From positions 5,952,001-6,016,000 of the forward strand of contig OZ024760.1 in assembly GCA_964016885.1 (NCBI GenBank): a stretch of 64,000 bases of DNA. The letters run 5' to 3'. The translations under genes and the position numbers were made by a program. The notes under the pieces were generated by a model. It worked only from the letters and a program-made list of their open reading frames with translations, was not told the origin of the DNA and ran no database searches. The stretch is from Eledone cirrhosa (Eukaryota). This document shows, piece after piece, positions 59,780 through 64,000 of this stretch (the stretch's first letter is position 1; the number at the start of each line of letters is the position of its first letter).

Positions 59780-61445
59780 AATACACAGGGATACAGTTTA
59801 GTTTTTCTAAATCAGATACACACAGGAATATAGTGTACCTATTTTAAACCAGATGCATGCAGGGATACAGGGTACCTATTGTAAACTAGATACACAGGGA
59901 TACAGTGTACCTATTGTAAATCAGATACCCACAGGTATACAGAGTACCTGTTGTAAACTAGATACACAGGGATACAGTGTACCTATTGTAAACCAGATAT
60001 ACAGGGATACAGTGTACCTATTGTAAACCAGATATACAGGGATACAGGGTACCTATTGTAAACCAGATATACAGGGATACAGGGTACCTATTGTAAACCA
60101 GATATACAGGGATACAGTGTACCTATTGTAAACCAGATATACACAGGGATACAGTGTACCTATTGTAAACCAGATACACACAGGGATACAGTGTACCTAT
60201 TGTAAACCAGATACACACAGGGATACAGTGTACCTATTGTAAATCAGATACACACAGGGATACAGTGTACCTATTGTAAACCAGATATACACAGGGATAC
60301 AGTGTACCTATTGTAAACAAGATACACAGGGATACAGTGTACCTATTGTAAACCAGATATACAGGGATACAGTGTACCTATTGTAAACTAGATACACAGG
60401 GATACAGTGTACCTACTTTAAACTAGATACACAGGGATACAGTGTACCTATTGTAAATCAGATACACACAGGGATACAGAGTACCTATTGTAAACTAGAT
60501 ACACAGGGATACAGTGTACCTATTGTAAACCAGATATACAGGGATACAGTGTACCTATTGTAAACTAGATACACAGGGATACAGTGTACCTACTTTAAAC
60601 TAGATACACAGGGATACAGTGTACCTATTGTAAACCAGATATACACAGGGATACAGTGTACCTACTTTAAACTAGATACACAGGGATACAGTGTACCTAT
60701 TGTAAACCAGATACACACAGGGATACAGTGTACCTATTGTAAACCAGATATACACAGGGATACAGGGTACCTATTGTAAACCAGATATACACAGGGATAC
60801 AGTGTACCTATTGTAAATCAGATACACACAGGGATACAGTGTACCTATTGTAAACAAGATACACAGGGATACAGTGTACCTATTGTAAACCAGATACACA
60901 GGGATACAGTGTACCTATTGTAAACAAGATATACACAGGGATACAGTGTACCTATTGTAAACCAGATACACACAGGGATACAGTGTACCTATTGTAAACA
61001 AGATACACAGGGATACAGTGTACCTATTGTAAACCAGATATACACAGGGATACAGTGTACCTATTGTAAACCAGATATACACAGGGATACAGTGTACCTA
61101 TTGTAAACCAGATACACACAGGGATACAGTGTACCTATTGTAAACCAGATACACACAGGGATACAGTGTACCTATTGTAAACAAGATACACAGGGATACA
61201 GTGTACCTATTGTAAACAAGATACACAGGGATACAGTGTACCTATTGTAAACCAGATACACAGGGATACAGTGTACCTGTTGTAAACAAGATACACACAG
61301 GGATACAGTGTACCTATTGTAAACCAGATACACACAGGGATACAGTGTACCTATTGTAATCAAGATACACACAGGGATACAGTGTACCTATTGTAATCAA
61401 GATACACACAGGGATACAGGGTACCTGTTGTATACCAGCTACACA
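59780..61445. repeat. 35-37-bp minisatellite (~45 copies)
   Basis: Unit GATA(CA)nGGGATACAGTGTACCTATTGTAAACCA. Confidence 0.92.
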
Positions 61446-64000
61446 CAAACCAGGCAAAGATAATGATAATAATTGTTTCTACTTTAGGCACAAGGCCAGC
61501 AATTACCCAGTACATTACTGGTACTTTATTTTATCGACCCCGTAAGGATGAAAGGCAAAGTCAACCTCGGCGTGATTTGAACTCAGATCGTAAAGGGACG
61601 TAACTCTTTGCGTCAAAGTATGGCGTCCGACCCTCTACCGATACTGCCAATGATAATAATGGTTTCTGATACAAGCACAAGTGCAACAATCTTAGGGAAG
61701 GGGAAAGTCGACCCCAGTGTGTTACTGGTACTTTATTTTATCAAACCCCATAAGGTTGAAAGGCAAAGTTAACCGCAGCAGAATTTGAACTTAGAAGGAA
61801 ATGCACTGGGGTCAATTTAATCGACTTCCCCCTTCCCTAAAATCGTTGGTCTTGGCCCTAAATCAGAAACAATTAGGTGGATTGGCAGTATTGGTAGAGA
61901 GTCGGACACCATGCTTTGACGCATAGAGTTACGGCCCTTGCTATTCTGAGTTCAAATCCCGCCGGGGTTAACTTTGCCTTTCATCCTTACGGGGTCGATA
62001 AAATAAAGTACCAGTAATACACTGGGTAATTTGCTGGCCTTATGCCTAACGTAGAAACCATTATTATCATTTCAAACATTCTGGGCCAGAAATTGAACTC
62101 ACAATAAAATATTTGTGGATTCAACACCCTAACCACTGGGCTACAGTCTTTACAATTAATATAAATATACTCTGCCCTAGAGTAAAATGTGAAAGATTTA
62201 ATGTTGTGACCTTGTGAGGCCATTAGTCCAGTGACTTATTAAGACAAAAGACATAAATATTTCCAGCACCAGGCGGTATTCTATGCCATAAAGTTCTCAC
62301 ATTTACATTGTTTAATGACTAGAGTCATGTAAGCAGAACGTTGAATCATAAATAACATCGATGTCAAGAATGGCTAACTGGGATGTGTGTGTGTGTGTGT
62401 GTGTGTGAGTATGAGAAAAAGAGAGTGTGTGTATGTGAGACGGAGTGTGCGTGAGTATGAGAAAGAGAGAGTCTGTGTTTATGAGACAGTGTGTGAGAAA
62501 GAAAGAAAGAGGAGAGAGAGAGTGTGTGTGTATGTGAGAGAAGTGTAGAGAGAATAATCTGGGAGCAAACAGTACCTTCCAAGCCATAAATCACACAACA
62601 GTGGGATCATAATACAAGTATAGATAATTAAAATAATGGTAATTAACAACAACAAACATGGTGCTGCCTTGTAATTAAAATAAATTACAGTGAAAACTTG
62701 GACCAAATTATTAAAAAAAAAAAAAAAAAAAAATATTAATAATTGTTTCTACATTTGGCACAAGGCCAGCAATATGAAAGGTAAGTCGATTAAAAAATAA
62801 ATCTCATTTGGTCATTCCATGATTATGAAGGAGTGATGCCAGTGCTTGTAAAATCTTGCATGCATTAATTTCATTTCTTCTTATTAATAACTGCAATGTT
62901 TCCTTCCAGGGGCTATGTTGAAAAATAAACCTCCTTTGGTCATTCCATGAGAGTATCTTGATCAGCTGACCCTTATATGAGTCTCATTTGATCAAATTCT
63001 TTAAAGTTCAATACAATTTTCACTGGACTTTGATGTGAAAACTACACACATAACCACCACTGTCTTATAACAGTAGGGAATATATTTCATTACATATGTT
63101 TCACCAGAAGGCAGGCTCAAAACAATTCTCAATTATCTTATCATCATCATCACCATTTAACGTCCGTTCTTCCACGCTAGCATGGGTTAGACGGGTTGTC
63201 CTGTTGTGGGCAGTATCTGGTCGGCTGACCTTGTCTTGCTCATACGGGAACTGATTCTGGCCTGATTTCTACAGCTGGATACCCTTCCTAACACAAACCT
63301 CATTTACAGTGAGTGCTGGGTGCTTTTTTCCGTGGTGCCTAGCCTACATGTCAACTTTATAGTGTGGGCTGGCTGCTTTTTTGCTGTGGCACATCCACAA
63401 CCACTTTGCAGTGGAATGATAGGGACTCCAGTCCTATCATCTCATTTCTATAGCTGAGTAAACTGGAGCAACGTGAAATAAAGTATACTTGAATATTAGC
63501 AGTGGAATGTGTGTCCAAAAAATCGATGGTAGGGAGGTGGGGGTTGGCTTATGTTTTGGGTCAATATTTTGACGATAGAATACAATGTTTTTTTATATAA
63601 GGTAAAGACAATTTTTTAATGTCATTTACCATCATCGCCATCATCTTTTTTATGTCCACTTGTCCATGCTAGGATGGGTTCAGATGAGATGGTTTGTGAC
63701 AATGTTTTATAGCCAGATGCCCTTCGTGATGCCAACCTCTTAGGAAACACAGAGATATGGTGTGCCTATTCTAAAACCCAGGATATGACACGAGCCTCTG
63801 TGACCAAGTACATAGGGTGTTGGACTCACAATCATAAAGTTACAGTCAGGGCTGCTTTTCAGGACATGTCTGGGGGCCCCATACTATTAACCCTTTAGCA
63901 TTACTCTATATTTATTATCGTATTTTCATGGTAAACAGTTTATCTCACATGATATTGAATCTATGAGATTTTGATATTATTTATTTTGAGAACAATAATT

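Noticed and set aside
59780-61445. Regular ~36-bp repeats superficially like a CRISPR array
   Set aside because: Units are directly adjacent with no unique spacers, there are no cas genes, and the context is eukaryotic.

Overview
AT-rich, repeat-dense animal genomic DNA. The tRNA-derived SINE families and microsatellite load suggest a cephalopod, probably an octopus; this is an inference from recalled repeat families. Four housekeeping genes were assembled by hand from ORFs and GT-AG junctions. DNAJC21 (exon 1 only, minus) sits head-to-head with an intronless MED17 (plus). These are followed by a complete 4-exon MRGBP (minus) and a LEO1 with 12 visible coding exons (minus; start exon not found). 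Introns and intergenic DNA contain SINEs, TTAA-, hAT- and Tc1/mariner-type MITEs, a non-autonomous Helitron, RTE/CR1/Tx1-like LINE fragments and many minisatellites. The main unannotated signal is a set of short fold-back elements inserted in (TA)n tracts that carry type I hammerhead ribozyme motifs with palindromic stem III (Penelope-like). Three have intact catalytic cores, and all three lie sense within MRGBP or LEO1 introns. Two of them are paired with an antisense arm covering the cleavage site; the third has lost that arm. No ribozyme activity, expression or database match was tested.
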